This document shows positions 1 through 12,954 of a stretch of 64,000 nucleotides of DNA, piece after piece (within the stretch, counting starts at the first letter, position 1; each line of letters opens with the position of its first letter). Source of the stretch: Rhina ancylostomus (lineage: Eukaryota); NCBI GenBank assembly GCA_030265395.1, contig JARFYF010000084.1, forward strand, positions 87,648,337 to 87,712,336. The letters run 5' to 3'. Position numbers and translations under genes: made by a program. The notes under the pieces are model-generated. The model had not been told where the DNA came from and made no database searches. It saw only the letters and a program-made list of their open reading frames with translations.

Positions 1-44
1 AGTACTGAGGCAGTTAGTAAACTGCCTCAGCAAGGTATTTGAAA

Positions 45-135
45 GATCTGGACTGAGGAAGGGTCATGAGCATGACAACTAGTTTCTTTTTCCTCTGCCA
101 GGCTGACTGAGTTCTTTCAGCATTTCTGTATTTGT
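45..135 (+). mobile_element. Penelope-like element (PLE) terminal fragment, highly decayed
   Basis: CTGAGGAAGGGTC ... CTGACTGAGTTCTTTCAGCATTTCTGT resembles the reverse complement of the better-preserved terminus at 14735-14945. Confidence 0.5.
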
Positions 136-514
136 TTATGACATGTGGACCTAGTTGATCTGGAAGTGACCAATGATGCTCCCTCCCAGGATAATATGCT
201 GAAATTGACCATATAGTGTCCTATAAGTGATGTTGCACGGAAAGTCCATCATTAATTGCATAACTGATGCAAAAATCATATCTGGGTACAAGGATGATTC
301 ACAGCATGGAGTACCTGCCTGAATATATGGAATGATGTGAAACAACACAGAGATTGGTGTCATTATTAAGTTTTGCTCTCAAAGGAAAACTTCCAATGGC
401 TAAATCAGTGCTATTCATGCCAACTTCCTTAACTCACTATTCAAAAGAAGCAAGCATTTTGTATTGGAAAGATTATACAAAAGAAGGTATTTCACTCTGG
501 AAGGAAGCAACCTT

Positions 515-680
515 ACTCAACATATCCCCTATGTCTAACAGTGGTCCCAGCATTGATCCCTGGGGTACAGATTTCCAGTTAGAAAAACACCAATCAACCT
601 CAACCCTCTGCATCCTATCACCTTCAGATCCCTTGTGCCTTAACCTTCTGAACCAGCCTACCATGTGGGACCTTGTTTTC
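515..680 (-). mobile_element. CR1-type LINE reverse transcriptase fragment
   Basis: Minus ORF 473..664 contains QRVEVDWCFSNWKSVPQGSMLGPLL, a decayed form of the CR1 RT motif QRVVVDGCFSDWRxVTSGVPQGSVLGPLLF. Confidence 0.75.
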
Positions 681-1714
681 TATTTGCAGTACAGAAATAG
701 GATCTGTTGCTTTGAGGTGAAACAATTGATTATTGTATTACTACTGCCAATTCTGTATGAATGGAACTCTTACCCATACATATCAACTTCACGGCAGTAA
801 GGAGTCCTCAGGAATTTGGAGTTTTTCATAACAGGCTAAATTAAACTTCTTATAGGTTTAACTAAAAATGATTTAACTGTGTATTAACTTGATGTCATGG
901 TATTGAGGTATAATCTATATCTTGGTTCTTGGTAATGATGAGCTAGATTTCAAAACCTTCATTACCCCATATCTTGAATCTCCCAAACAGGCTCAATGAG
1001 CTGAATCTCTCATACTTCAGACCCAGAATCAGAATCAATTTATTGTCACTTCCATATACACTTACAGCATTCATGGGCGCGAAATACAGTGCTCCACAGA
1101 TCAAGGTGCTGCACTTAATGCTGCTATGACTGAGGCATTTTCTTGTTGAATGGGTAAAGTAGGAATGGCAGAACTAAATTAGTTGACTGGATTTTTCCAG
1201 TGAATTCTGTGGTGAACAATGATATCCTGAATGCCTTTAAATGCCAGATTTCTTTATTGAATTGAGGTTCACCCCTTACCAGAGTTTGGAATCCTGTTGG
1301 TAAACAGCAGGAATGCCTCCTGGAGTAGTTTCAATTACCTTAACAAGTCTGAGAAGCTCTCCAGCTTTATCTCTGCCACTTGAATTTTTATTGTTATTTG
1401 TACCTGAGGATTAATGGACATGGAAGGGGTTGGGAGGAACCATATTGTTATTCTTAGAGCATTACTGCAGTAAAATCAATAAGCTGGGTGGACAATCAAA
1501 GGTTCTTTTGTTTACAAATTTGTAGATGTGTCTCTCTCCCAGCAGAAGGTTCTGAAAGTTATGAGACTCTCATTAGACTAAGAGTGAAAATCAGTCAAGG
1601 TTGCTTATCAAAATTCATTGTTTTTTCCCATTTGGAAGTTTTTAACCAGGGTTTAAGTTAGAAAGTAGAAAGTCTTTTATTCTTGTATCTGGTGATTTTT
1701 TTTTTGTCTATGTT

Positions 1715-1960
1715 ACCAACACCTGGGTAGCCTCATAGTTAGTGGAAGATACCTTCTTGAACCACTGTATTTCAACAGTGGAAGATGCCTCCACATTGCT
1801 GATCAATCAGCAATTTCATTATTTTGGCATCAAGAGAATAGAATTGTGTGGGTGATGTGGGTATCTTCATGATGTAGCTTCATGCATTTGCTGCCCCTTG
1901 GTAAGAGAATTCATATGTTTGCAAAGGAGTACCAAAGAAGTATTGGTAACTGCAGACCAT
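1715..1960 (-). mobile_element. old non-LTR retrotransposon 3' fragment (similar to 52200-52790)
   Basis: CCTTCTTGAACCACTG..GAAGATGCCTCCACATTGCTG..CATGCATTTGCTGCCCCTTG loosely parallels 52270-52460. Very diverged. Confidence 0.4.
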
Positions 1961-2009
1961 TTATATTATTGACTTGCAGTTTTACATTTGGAAAATTAAA
2001 GGTACAAAA

Positions 2010-2320
2010 TTCTTTTGGGTTTGATATAGTCAGTGCAAGGAAGATATTTCCCTAGTTGGGTTGACTAGAACCAGGGATCACACTCAAAATAAGGGGTTGG
2101 CCAATCAGGAAAGGGAAGAGAATAATAAATCTTTGGAATTCTCTACCCCAGAGAGCTGTGGAGGCTCAGCTGATGAGTATATTCAAGATAGAGAATAATA
2201 ATTCCCAAATATTATAGCTCAAGAGCTTATGGGGTTCAGGTAGGAAAGCGGCAGTGAGGTAGAAGATCTTTCACAAGCAGCAGGTTTAAGTGGTTGGATG
2301 GTCTGCTCCTGTTTTTACTA
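2010..2320 (+). mobile_element. CR1 LINE 3' end
   Basis: Encodes decayed NLWNSLPQRAVEAQ (AATCTTTGGAATTCTCTACCCCAGAGAGCTGTGGAGGCTCAG), followed by a CR1-type 3' UTR. Confidence 0.75.
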
Positions 2321-2654
2321 ATTTTTCTTGTACTGTTTCAAATTGTACCTGATAGACGCATACTAGAATAGAACTGAGCAAGCAGAATGTTTGCTTTATT
2401 GGGAAATGTCTGAATAAGTGAACTGGATAATTGAAAGGTGAATATGTGTTCTCTAAGAATTTCTACAAACCAGTGCCCAAAATTCCTTGGTAGTTCTCAA
2501 CCTGACTTTGCAGGCCTTTGCCATCTTTGTACAAAATAGTCTGGTTGAGCGGAACGGTGGATGATTGACTGGTGTTATACTATTTTCCTCCTGATGTACC
2601 TGGCAGCCATCAAATTATATAATCAGAATATAGTCACTATTGTAGACTAAATTT

Positions 2655-2925
2655 ATGTAGATAATGACTTGATATGTTTGTGGGTTAAATGTTGGCCAGG
2701 ATGCATATATTTTCCCTACTATATATTTCAAGTGGTGTACTGAGACCTTTTGTCCAGTTGAGAGAGCAGACCGGACCTCTGTTTAACATCTCCTCTGCAA
2801 CACTCCATCCATGCAGCATTGCCTTTTCATCAGAATTGAATGCTAGCCTAGATTTTGTGCTCTAAGTGTCTGTAGTAGNNNNNNNGCATTCTTTTCATGC
2901 CTTCTGTTTTCTAAGGTGAGTGTGC
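2655..2925 (-). mobile_element. DeuSINE (SacSINE1-like) fragment
   Basis: Reverse complement matches Deu-domain-like text (GATGTTAAACAGAGGTCCGGTCTGCTCTCTC..CCTGGCCAACATTTAACC). Same family as 23035-23416. Confidence 0.65.
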
Positions 2926-4304
2926 ATCAGAAATTGTTAAATGGAACAAGGAATGAAGATACATTCCCAGAAATGTAGGGGTAACTTCATGCATGTAAAA
3001 CAAAGGTCTATCAGGAAGGGCTTGGACTGTTTGTCTGGGTGCTGTCATAATTATGGAAAACCTTTACTGTTTGTTTGCTATAGTTGTGATTGACATTGAT
3101 TTGAATGCTCTGGCCCAAGCAGGAAATCAATTTAAATGGATCTTGATTGAGTTTTGAAATTTCATTAATGTGTACAAATCAGACCAAGTGTTTAAATTGT
3201 ATAAGTTTTAATTTATTTTCATAGCTTGCAGAGGGAGAGCTTTTTCTTTTGTGTACAAAGTAATTGATCAATAGTTAGTTGTGCAGGGCATAACAAAAGT
3301 GTGCATTGTTTTCGAAATACCTTGCTTACCTGTGCTATAATTTTGTATTCTATCTTGACTCTGTTGACTTAATGTGGGTGTTTCTGTTGGGTTTGAATTC
3401 AGTTGCTAAACAACCAAAATTAGTGATTTGTATTTAACGTAATTACAGTGTAAACTAGATACTTTTTCAGTAGATAAAGAAGATGGTGGAATTTAACATT
3501 TAGAAGAGCCTTTTGAGTTTAAATTTAGCATTCGGTCTGTCCAATTGTTACTGAGTGAGGTATTCTTTCATCGAGAGCACTGAAAGGGATCGGGTTTTAA
3601 ATCAAACAATTCCGTCTTTCCGCAGCAAAACTGGAATGGTGGCGAGCTGAATGCTATTGCTCAAGGCATAAAACTGCTTGTGATACAAGCTATGTTGCTT
3701 GATATGATGCATTTTATCCAACTGATATATTTAGTCAATGGATTCTGCCTCACTTGAAAGCTTTCAAATTTATGCAGCCTGTTTGATTCTTACTTTTGCT
3801 ACCAAAGTTGTTCTGTGCTGATGCTTGAAACCTCCAGGTTTGTTATATTGGGAGATAGCCTTCGGTTGTACTATAGTCAAAGTGAACCACATGAGGCTCA
3901 CATAAAACCAAGTGTTTGACTAAAGCAGAAGAGCAAAAAAAAAGGAAATGTTTCAAATCTATGCATTCTGTTGTGATCTAAAAAATTGGGGTGATCACTT
4001 GCATGCGGACTTCAAAACAGAAAAAAACTATCTGTTATGAGAATCAGCTTGCCTTGCTTATCCTGCTAGATTTTCTTTCTCCTCTGGCTCACCCCTTCCT
4101 CCCCAGGAAGGAGTGCTATGGTACACCAGTGTTTCATCTTTTTGTCAAAACTCAACTCAACTGAAGTTCAAAAATTGCTGTTGGCCGAGTGCATTGAAAG
4201 GTCATCATTCACGTCCGCTACCANNNGGGCACATGTGGACTTCATTAACATAATGAATAGTAACTGTGCTTTTGCAAACTCTTGTACCAATCGTACACCG
4301 AGCA

Positions 4305-4426
4305 GCCCTTCGTGCACTTTCCTACATTACAACGGTGACTACGCTTCAACAATAGTCCATTGCCTGTGGAGTCCTTTGGGACATCCTAAGGTAGTGATAG
4401 GTGCTAAATAAATCTTTCTTTCTTTC
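4305..4426 (+). mobile_element. DeuSINE/L2-derived 3' tail
   Basis: TTTCCTACATTACAACGGTGACTACGCTTCAA...CTTTGGGACATCCTAAGG...AGGTGCTAAATAAAT(CTTT)n aligns by eye with 23315-23416. Confidence 0.65.
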
Positions 4427-5324
4427 CCCTTTCCTTAAAGAACTAAGGTTTTAGAAAAGGAAAAAGAATGACTTGATTGTGGAATTTGATTATTTTAGCT
4501 GGTGCTGGATTTTTCCTTCACTTATGGCTCCATCATGGCTGTCATGACCATTGCTTCCTTCCTCTCACTAATTTGCTATTGTTGCAAGCCCCCTTCACAA
4601 AATGGAATAGCAGCCAGCTTTAACCCCTCAGCCGACAGCTTTGACAGTAGGTTGTGGGTTTGTCAGCCTCCTAGTTTCTTGTATGACTGGAGCATTCTAT
4701 TCCTCTGTACTGGATTAAGTAGAAAACAACTTCATTTGCTCCAGATCTGATGTCTCAGCAGAGTCCACCGCCTTGCAAAATCTACCTTGTCAATAGAAAA
4801 ATGTTTCAGCAATTTGGTCACTCGAGTGAATAGGGGAACAGAAGGGGTGGGTGGTAACAATGTGGCTTTTTCATCTTCAAAGAAAGCATTGAAATAATTC
4901 ATAAACATTTCCAGATATATTGTTTTAATGTGGCATTAAATCAATGTAAGTGCAATTATTATAGTTGCATGTTCCTGCCTGTATTCCTAGTGTAGTCGTT
5001 CTTGCTCATAAAGGCTTGCTTCCTGCTCAGGCATTACAAAGGTAGAACAAGGGAGATGTCACTCTAGCATTCTCAGGCTTGCTTGGCTTCATTATAAAGA
5101 TTGGATCTAGTGTCATTATAGGGTGGGGTAAAAAACCTTTTGAAATATTTTGGCTCCCCTCTTTGGATTTGAACTAAAATTTACAAATAGGCAGGCTATG
5201 CTTACTGTGTGTAACGTTTTGTTTTTTTTACTGGAGGGCCATGCAAATCCAGGGGGTTTCTGTTCAGGATAAAAGTTGTGATGCTGACAATTAAATCTAT
5301 TAAGTACAGCTTGAATTAATAACT

Positions 5325-5795
5325 ACAATGTGGGAGGTGGCAATTCAGCCCACTGAGTCTATGCTGCCAGCAGAACATGTGCATCAGTGGCCATTCTCCA
5401 CCTACTCTGTCTCATACATATCAATTTCCCCTGGCCCTTCTCCCAATTCTTCTGCTATCTACCCAAACAGAATCAGGTTTATTATTACTGACATATGTCG
5501 TGAAATTTGTTGTTTTGCAGCAGCATGATGGTGTGAGACATAAAAGACATAAAAATTACTATAAATTACAAAAACAAATAATGAAGTAGTGTTCATGGAC
5601 TGTTCAGAAGTCTGATGGAGGGGAAGAAGCTATTCTTGAAACATTGAGTGTGGGTCTTCAGGCTCCTGTACCTCCTCCCCATGGTGGGATAATTAACCCA
5701 CCAGTGGTCACAACTCAATATATACTGCTCAAGGTGAGGATCAAATGCAGGTCACTGAAGCTGTGAGGCAGCAGCACCAACTACTGTGCCTATAG
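5325..5795 (-). mobile_element. HE1-like V-SINE, interrupted by a Rex-type insertion
   Basis: tRNA-like head on the minus strand at ~5735-5790 (GGCACAGTAGTTGGTGCTGCTGCCTCACAGC) and CR1-derived tail at ~5335-5365. Body split by 5468-5684. Confidence 0.6.
5468..5684 (-). mobile_element. Rex1/Babar-type LINE 3' end
   Basis: Minus strand reads GRRYRSLKTHTQCFKNSFFPSIRLLNSP (Rex1 C-terminal motif), then a 3' UTR ending AATAAACCTGATTCT. Confidence 0.75.
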
Positions 5796-6814
5796 GCTGT
5801 CTGTTTCAAGTCTCCTGATTTCCAACATAACTGGAGCATTTGAATTCCACTTATCTACATTTTAAACAATGAGCTCCCTTGCCCATGGGGGCCATGTTAC
5901 TTGAATGCATTAATGTTGGCCCTCTTTACTAAAGGATCATCCAATTTTGTTTGCTGCCTGATGACCAAAGATATGAATTTGAATACTGTTGACCATCTTG
6001 ACCCCCTCGTCAGTGGTCCTTTTATAGTTCTGGGCATTGTATATGCAACCTAATGAAATAAGTTACTCTGCCAGTGGCTCTGTTGGACTTGATAATAAAA
6101 TTGTGACTATTCTTTTATCTGCTGAATAGTGAAAACTAGAAAAAGGGTTTTATACCTAATACAACTTGCACAAACTCTTCCATCCGTCATTTCCTTCCAA
6201 CCGGCATGCCAAGATTGTCTCAGAGTCTCCAAGATTTAAAGGTACAGCTCCTGGATACTGCAAGAAGTAAACAAAGTAAAAAAAAATCATTCAAAAAGCA
6301 CTTGCTGGTATATGACCAGGTGGAAATGAGGGCTATCATTGAAACCTTGATGAATCTATCCAGTTGGAGTTGATGACCCTGGTAACAGGGGTGTGTGGAT
6401 ACATACAGAGATAGTACCCAGAGCCATGGTTAAATAATTCACCATCTCCCTATGCCAATCTCTACCTACATTTAAAATTCAGCAAGACAGTGAACAATTG
6501 GATCAGATCCATTTAAGTGTTTTATTTTGTGATAAGCTTTCTTTTTATCATTCATGCCATTTTTACTGTTTGCTTGTTCTAATGGATTTGAGGAAATGTT
6601 GTGGAGAAAAGAGCAAAGGGGTTCTGTTAAAAGAATTCTTAACATGCTGGCTGCTTTGCTGTACAGTTGATCATATTAAATGGGGAGCACATTTTGACAA
6701 TCACTTAAATTGCTTGAGACCTGCTACAGTTATATGAAATAATCGAGAAACCACTACCTCTGTCTGGAATCTTTTGTTGAGAACTTGTGACATTGATGTA
6801 ATTGTCTCCACTGA

Positions 6815-7026
6815 ATTTATGTTGCACCTTCAATATGGACAAGTGCCTATGATAATACAAAATGCTTCAGTAATACAGGATGATAATTAAACAAAATAGA
6901 CACTGACTCACATGAGGTATGAGAGATGACTAAAAGCTTATGGATAATGGGGAAAGGGAGGATGTGGGAGTATTTGGAGAGGAACTCGGGCCTTGGCAGC
7001 TAAAAGCATGGCTACCACTTGTAGAG
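6815..7026 (-). mobile_element. L2 LINE 3' fragment
   Basis: GATGACTAAAAGCTT..GGGCCTTGGCAGCTAAAAGCATGGCTACCA resembles an antisense L2 3' end and parallels the reverse complement of 13210-13400. Confidence 0.55.
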
Positions 7027-8124
7027 GGCAGGGAGTTTTGGCCAGGTGGCTGTTTTTACCTGTTTGCTTTTAATCTTGCTCCTTGACAGCAGGTGAAAAA
7101 GATATTCTTCAGTTTTCTGTGCCCAGCACCAGAAAAAGTCTGCTTGCCTAACTGAATTCTTATCTTAAAAACTAAGAGCCATGGAATATAGTGTCTTAAG
7201 TTGACCAAGCAGAATAGTGTTGGAAAAGTTTTAGGGCTGATCAAATGTTGATCTAGAATCGATGTAAAGTGCAGGGAAGGAGTTGGTTTACAACAGTCAT
7301 TGTCAACATAAAATTATTCAAATCTTGATAAGTTGAGCTTTGAACTTTCTCCTTGTTGTTATGGGTTAGATGTGAATTGCAGGCTTTCTGGCTCTAATTT
7401 AAAATGTCATCCTGTATTTGAGTTTATATTTCATTTCTTCTTCCTGTGTCCTAGTTCATAGAGGTGTAACTGCACACCTTGGAATTAACTAACAGTAAAA
7501 TGCACAAGGCCTGAGGCACAAGCATACCTCAAGTTTGGACAATTAAACAATATATATTTTGTTTCCTGTCAATGATATTTAATTCCTCCTGCAGGAAGTG
7601 TTAATATTGCAGGTAAATACTTATCCTGCTGATTACCTATTAACTCTTTGCTAAAGTTTTGGAAGGCCTATGTTCACAGTTTGAAAGCCTGTGATTCAGA
7701 AGGCTACTATATTTCTGCATTCCACGTTGGACAAGGTGATTTTTATGAAAGGATTGAAAAAGAGTCCTTTCACAGTATATCTTTAAAACAATGAAAGTAA
7801 AACTAGTTCATTTTCCATGCATTAATTCACTGTAATGTACCATAAAGCCTATTTTTCTTTTAAAAAGGGGTTGGAGGAAGCACTTTGATTACTTTGTTAG
7901 CACCCGATGAGTTTTGAGTTTCCTCCTGCGGCATAATGTTTCTTGTCTGTTTTAAAGGGCTGAATGACGTTAGACCTCTTGTATGACCTTGCATAAAATA
8001 TAAATGTTCAAAAACAGCAGTCAACATACTGATTTCTGTATTCAAACGGTACATTCAACCATGTAGGTATATCCAGGATGTGCATGTTTAAATTTTGGTT
8101 CAAAGCAAGTGATCATCTAAATAA

Positions 8125-8490
8125 GAACATGCAATATAGTGCCTGATAACACTTTCTTACTGGAGTGTGGCAAAAGAAAATTTTATATGAGCCATGCAAG
8201 CAGATATTGGAGGATACTGTAGTTTTTTGAGGAACGTTGAGGTAAAATGAACTAAATTGGGAACTTCGTTGTTGCGCGGTCAATTACTAATGTTTGAATG
8301 ATTTAAAATCTACTGTGTTTGAAGCCAAAATTGGAGGATTATGGTCATCTCAGTCAGTTGTAAGGATGGAGCAGATTATGGTTAGAGACGAAAGATGCCA
8401 TGGAGGGAATTGAAAAAACAGGTGAGACTTTTAATATGAAACTGTTGCTTAACCAGGGGCCAATTTGGATCAGTGCACATAGCTACAATG
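8125..8490 (-). mobile_element. L2 LINE 3' fragment
   Basis: GCCATGGAGGGAATTGAAAAAACAGGTGAGACTTTTAA..AACCAGGGGCCAATTTGGATCAGTG is the antisense of the L2 LHWLP..FKIL region. Confidence 0.55.
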
Positions 8491-9854
8491 TACTTGAATC
8501 AAGACAGGACTGAGGCAACCTAACAAAGGTATTTAAATACAGGTACCAGAAAAAGATATACACTCAAATATCACTTAGACTATTATATGTACATATTTCA
8601 ACATTGTCACACACATATTTAAATATACATGTTTCATGAAGTATGCTGAATTTCATGAAGTTTGTATTAATTTCAAATTTTAAAACTGAATCTTGAGTAA
8701 GGCTCAAAAAATAAAAGACAATCAAATCAAAAATAGTGGTCAGCATCTGGAATGCTTTGCCAGGAGCAGTAATAGAAGGAAGTTAAAATTCAAAGCTAGA
8801 TAAATATCAGAAAAGAAAGGATTTGAAAGACTAACTGGATTGCTTTTATATAGACCCAGTGCAGACTCGATGAGCTGAATGGCCTCCATCCCTGTTGTAT
8901 TGTAGCACTGCTGTGGCCACTGTCGATCCATGGGTATTTTGATTATGATGGCCACGGTTTGAATTCTAAAGTTATTATATTTACAGCTTACTGATAAGAC
9001 TGGATGAAGTCTAGGAGTATGTTGCGTAGTCAACTCAAATCACAACTTGTTTTCTGTCCTTTGAGACAGGTCTCTTATTTTCCACAGCCTTTCTGACTGA
9101 CAACTCTTTGATTGTATTTAAATGTAAAGTAAGGATTGAAGTTCTAAAGCTGGTGTAAAAAGAATCGTCATCAGAGTCACGGCAGGCTGTGGGAAAAAGG
9201 ATCAGCTTTGTATCACTACGCAGCTGAAAGTGGGAGTCACATCAAAATCTAACCTAGCAGGACCAAAAGATACCCAGCTCAGAGAAGCAGGGTTACATTG
9301 TATGCTGAACTTTGACACATACTGTGGTTTACATTTCTCCAGGCACATCAAAAATCGAGCATTATTTTCCCCCTGAACCTTTCGGGTCTTTGTTTCTTTC
9401 AGCTTTGTCCCACTTTTCTATTGTCTCCTTAGACTCCACGTCCTGCTTCATATCATTAAATCCTCCCACTACATGAGCTGAGATTTATCGCTCTTTCAAG
9501 AGTTGCCAGTATGATGATATAAAACTTCAGTTTGAAAATGCTGTTCACTATCCTTCTGTGTCAGATCTGCTGAACTGTGAAGCTGAGAGAGCCAGGATGT
9601 TGACTTGGAACATGTCAAAAAAGCTTACAAGTGGGCAAGCCACAAGAGTGAGTTAGGATGTGAAAAATCTGTGTGTGTCTCAGATCTCAGGATATTAATC
9701 TTTCATTTCTCCAGACTCCCAGACAACTTGGAAGAGTTACTGACCTTTGTTGTATGCTCTACAAATCCTGAATATTTTTCCTATTCTTTGGACCAAGGCA
9801 CTCCACAACATACTGTATTTAAATGAATTATTAGTATCTTGTATCAAGCTAGCA

Positions 9855-10160
9855 AAATAAAAGCATGAAATCATGCTGGAAATCTGAAATAAATGCATGT
9901 AATATTCAATGAGTTGGGCAGCATCTGGGAAGAAGGAAACATGAACACTCAAGTTTAATGACCCCTCTTCAGACTGGAAACTCCAGCAATGAGTTTTAAG
10001 ATCCAGAAAAAAGAGCAAGGGGAGAGAAAGAATAAAAGGAATACTCTGGATGGGATGGATGGCAAAGAGGTTAAAAGACAAAAGGGTATTGTAAAACAAA
10101 AATAAAAGGACTTAAAATGGATCAGATAAACAAAAGGTGGATCAAGAGGAGATGTCAATA
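9855..10160 (-). mobile_element. Penelope-like element terminal fragment
   Basis: TGCTGGAAATCTGAAAT..GGCAGCATCTGGGAAG..GACCCCTCTTCAGACTGG followed by a purine-rich tract, the same layout as 14735-15140. Confidence 0.55.
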
Positions 10161-10924
10161 GGAGCAGCAGAAATTTTTGGACTTCACAAGTCAGGAAGGT
10201 TGTAATGTGATTAAATATTTTCCCAGTTTATGTTGAAATTGTATTGAACTTCATGAGAACAAGTGTAGGAATTTGAAGATGGAATGGTTAAAGTGGGATG
10301 GAGAATTGACTTGTCCTCTTCAATTAAAATTTTGTTCACTTGTCCTAAAAGTTGGTGGTCAGATTATTTGCTGATGATCCTATGAAGACTCTTGTGATAT
10401 GAGTAATAGCTATCATAAATACAAATTATCTTCTGTTATCCAAGATTTCTGAGAAACTTAAAATTCCATTAGCTTTTCTCTAGCCTTATCCTGATAGCCA
10501 CCTTTAATAAAGTAAGAACCATAATTGTAAATCCCTCTGTTCCTCTGCAACATTGGACTTACTTTCATTAATCATTTTAAGCCATTTCCTTATAATTTTT
10601 ACAATTTCTCTGCAACATCAATTTTGCTTCAAAAGATTTAACTGTATTTCGGCATCATCCGAAAACTTCACCATGCTCTTGAAGCCTATGCACTGTAAAT
10701 AGAACGTTTTGCAGAGGTGATTCAACTGAGCAATGTTGGCTCCTGCTACAAATGTTTTATCTCCAGTATCGTAGTGTTTTTCATCGAGATTCTAGTATTC
10801 GCAGTCCTTTGTTTCTCAAATGTTTTATCTACTTCAGGAGGAGATTTGAGTGAATTTAAGATCCTTGGTTGATCAACCACAAGACCAAATGGCTTTTTAT
10901 TAATGACTTTCTTCCTTGCATCTC

Positions 10925-11480
10925 TATTGAACTCTGGTTAGGCCGCATTTAGAGTATTGCATGCGATTTTGGTCACCTCAATATCAGAATGATGTCGAGG
11001 CTTTGGAGAGGGTGCAGAGGAGTTTTACCAGGATGCTGCCTGGATTAGAGGGCATGTGCTATCAGGAGAGGCTGGATAAACTTGGAGTCTTTTCTTTGGA
11101 GTGGTGGAGGCTGAGGGGTGATCTGTTGGAAGTGTATAGAATTATGAGGGGCATAGATAGGGTGGACAAGCAAAATCTTTTTCCCATTATTGAGCGATCC
11201 AGTATCAGAGGGCATGCATTTAAGGTGAGAGAGGGTGGGTTTAGAACACGTGAGGGTTATGTTTTTTTACTGAGAGAGTGGTGGATGCCTGGAATGCGTA
11301 GCCTGATAGGGTGGTGGAGGCAAATATGTTGGGGGCTTTTAAGAGGGTCTTGGATGGGCACATGAATGAGAGGAAAATAGAGGGACATAGGCATTCAGTA
11401 GGTAGGAGGTAGGAGGTATTAGCTATGTTGGCACAACATCGTGGACTGTAGGGCCTGTTCTGTGCTGTACTGTTCTATGT
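10925..11480 (+). mobile_element. CR1 (HER1-like) LINE 3' end, 5'-truncated
   Basis: ORF 10961..11365 FWSPQYQNDVEALERVQRSFTRMLPGLEGMCYQERLDKLGVFSLEWWRLRGDLLEVYRIMRGIDRVD is CR1 ORF2 C-terminus. It ends in the tail GGGCCTGTTCTGTGCTGTACTGTTCTATGT. Confidence 0.92.
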
Positions 11481-12494
11481 ATATAAACCTACCAAAGTCT
11501 TTAGCTGGATAATTCACCAAAAGGTAGCTCCCATTAATTTCAACATCTTTTACTATACAGCTAGAAATCTGTATACATCACACTGCCCTCTTCCATCCCC
11601 TATCCCTGTGCCAGAACAAAATCATTATTTGCAAAGGTCTGGCAAATTTGTGCTGCTTTTGGAATCCTTTTTCTGTTTTCATTTTCCTTTAAGTTTTGTC
11701 TAATTTCTGCTTCTCAGAATCCAATGGTGATCAACTTCAACTTTTGCACTTGATTGAAGCTCTGGCCTGGGTTGCAAAAGGAATCCTTTCCTACATATGT
11801 TGAGATTTGGGAATGGAATGGGTCTAGAAGTACTGTTGACCTCAAGCAATTTTACCCCCCCTTTGTATTCTTTTGTGCTTTTGCCAGTCTTTGTTCATGT
11901 AAAACCACCTATTACATAGAGGGTAAGATGCCAAGTTGTTGCAGGGCCTGCATTTATCCTGTGCTCTCCTCCCTGTACAGTGGTCTCTGGGAGAATGCCT
12001 AATGGATGACAGTCAGAGAGCAGAGTTTCCGAATGTGCCTTCTTCACTGGGCACCATGATTAGTGATTATTGCAGCAATAATAAGGGTGCTTAAGTAAAT
12101 ATAACCACAGAAGGTGGTGTTGGAATTTTAATTGCTTGGTTCTGCTATTTTGGTTTTATTAAAAAAGCCAGCAAGGTAAGGTAGGCAATTAAAGAGCACA
12201 AGGTGACAACATATTTGTATTATTTGAAAAAAATTGACTATATATACATANNNNNNNNTTTTAGTTATTTAGGCCCAAATTCAGAATTCAAAGATTGCAT
12301 GTCATCTTATGAGAGGTGCTTGTGAGTTGACGCAGTGGGTTTCATTTAGTTAGCATTTGGAGCTGATTTTTGCTTTTATAATTTTAAAATACAGCCGCAG
12401 GAATTGCATTTTCCTACCTGAGAAGTCTTGGTCACAGTTACTGTATGTGGATGGGGATCCAAACATAATGTTGTGCATCAATAGCTTTTCATCA

Positions 12495-12620
12495 TTGCAG
12501 AAGGTCACTAACCTGAAATATTAACTATTCCTTTCTCAACAGGTGCTGCCTAATCTGCTGAGTATTTCCAGCATTTCCTGGTGATGTTTCAAATTTCCAG
12601 CAATTACAGTATTTGGTTTC
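12495..12620 (+). mobile_element. Penelope-like element terminal fragment
   Basis: GAAGGTCACTAACCTGAAATATTAACT..GCTGCCTAATCTGCTGAGTATTTCCAGCATT is the sense orientation of the terminus seen at 14735, 20318 and 46100. Confidence 0.6.
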
Positions 12621-12954
12621 ATGTCATTATGGGTGGTTAATGCTTGTGGTTGCAGGAATAGGAGCAGGCCATTAACTCTTTGAGCCTTTTCCACCATTGA
12701 ATTAGATCAGGGCCAACCTACTTCAGTGCTGCTAATTAAACACTTGGACACCCAATATTTGGGCAGCATGTATCCTTGTATTAATTCTTTTGAAAAATTC
12801 TGGAGCATTTGAGGGGGCAAAAAGCATTAGGGAGGAGGGTTGACTCCATTTTCTTTGTTTATTTTTCTTTAAACTGGGAGATATTCTTGCCCTACCCTTT
12901 TTCCAACGAGCCTACTTGGTCCTCCTGTCATCTGCTCAAACCCTTTGCTTTGCT

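Noticed and set aside
354-800. 148-aa + strand ORF
   Set aside because: Its middle is the antisense reading of a CR1 RT fragment (515-680).
2890-2921. Pyrimidine tract + AAG|GTGAGT as a recursive splice site
   Set aside because: It coincides with the decayed antisense head of the DeuSINE next to a gap and has a non-preferred AAG acceptor. Likely incidental.
6185-6385. Possible old DNA-transposon MITE (similar text inverted at ~9680-9748)
   Set aside because: Too degraded to verify TIRs or a TSD by eye.
10961-11365. 134-aa ORF as a host gene
   Set aside because: It is the frameshifted C-terminal fragment of CR1 ORF2 in a 5'-truncated copy.
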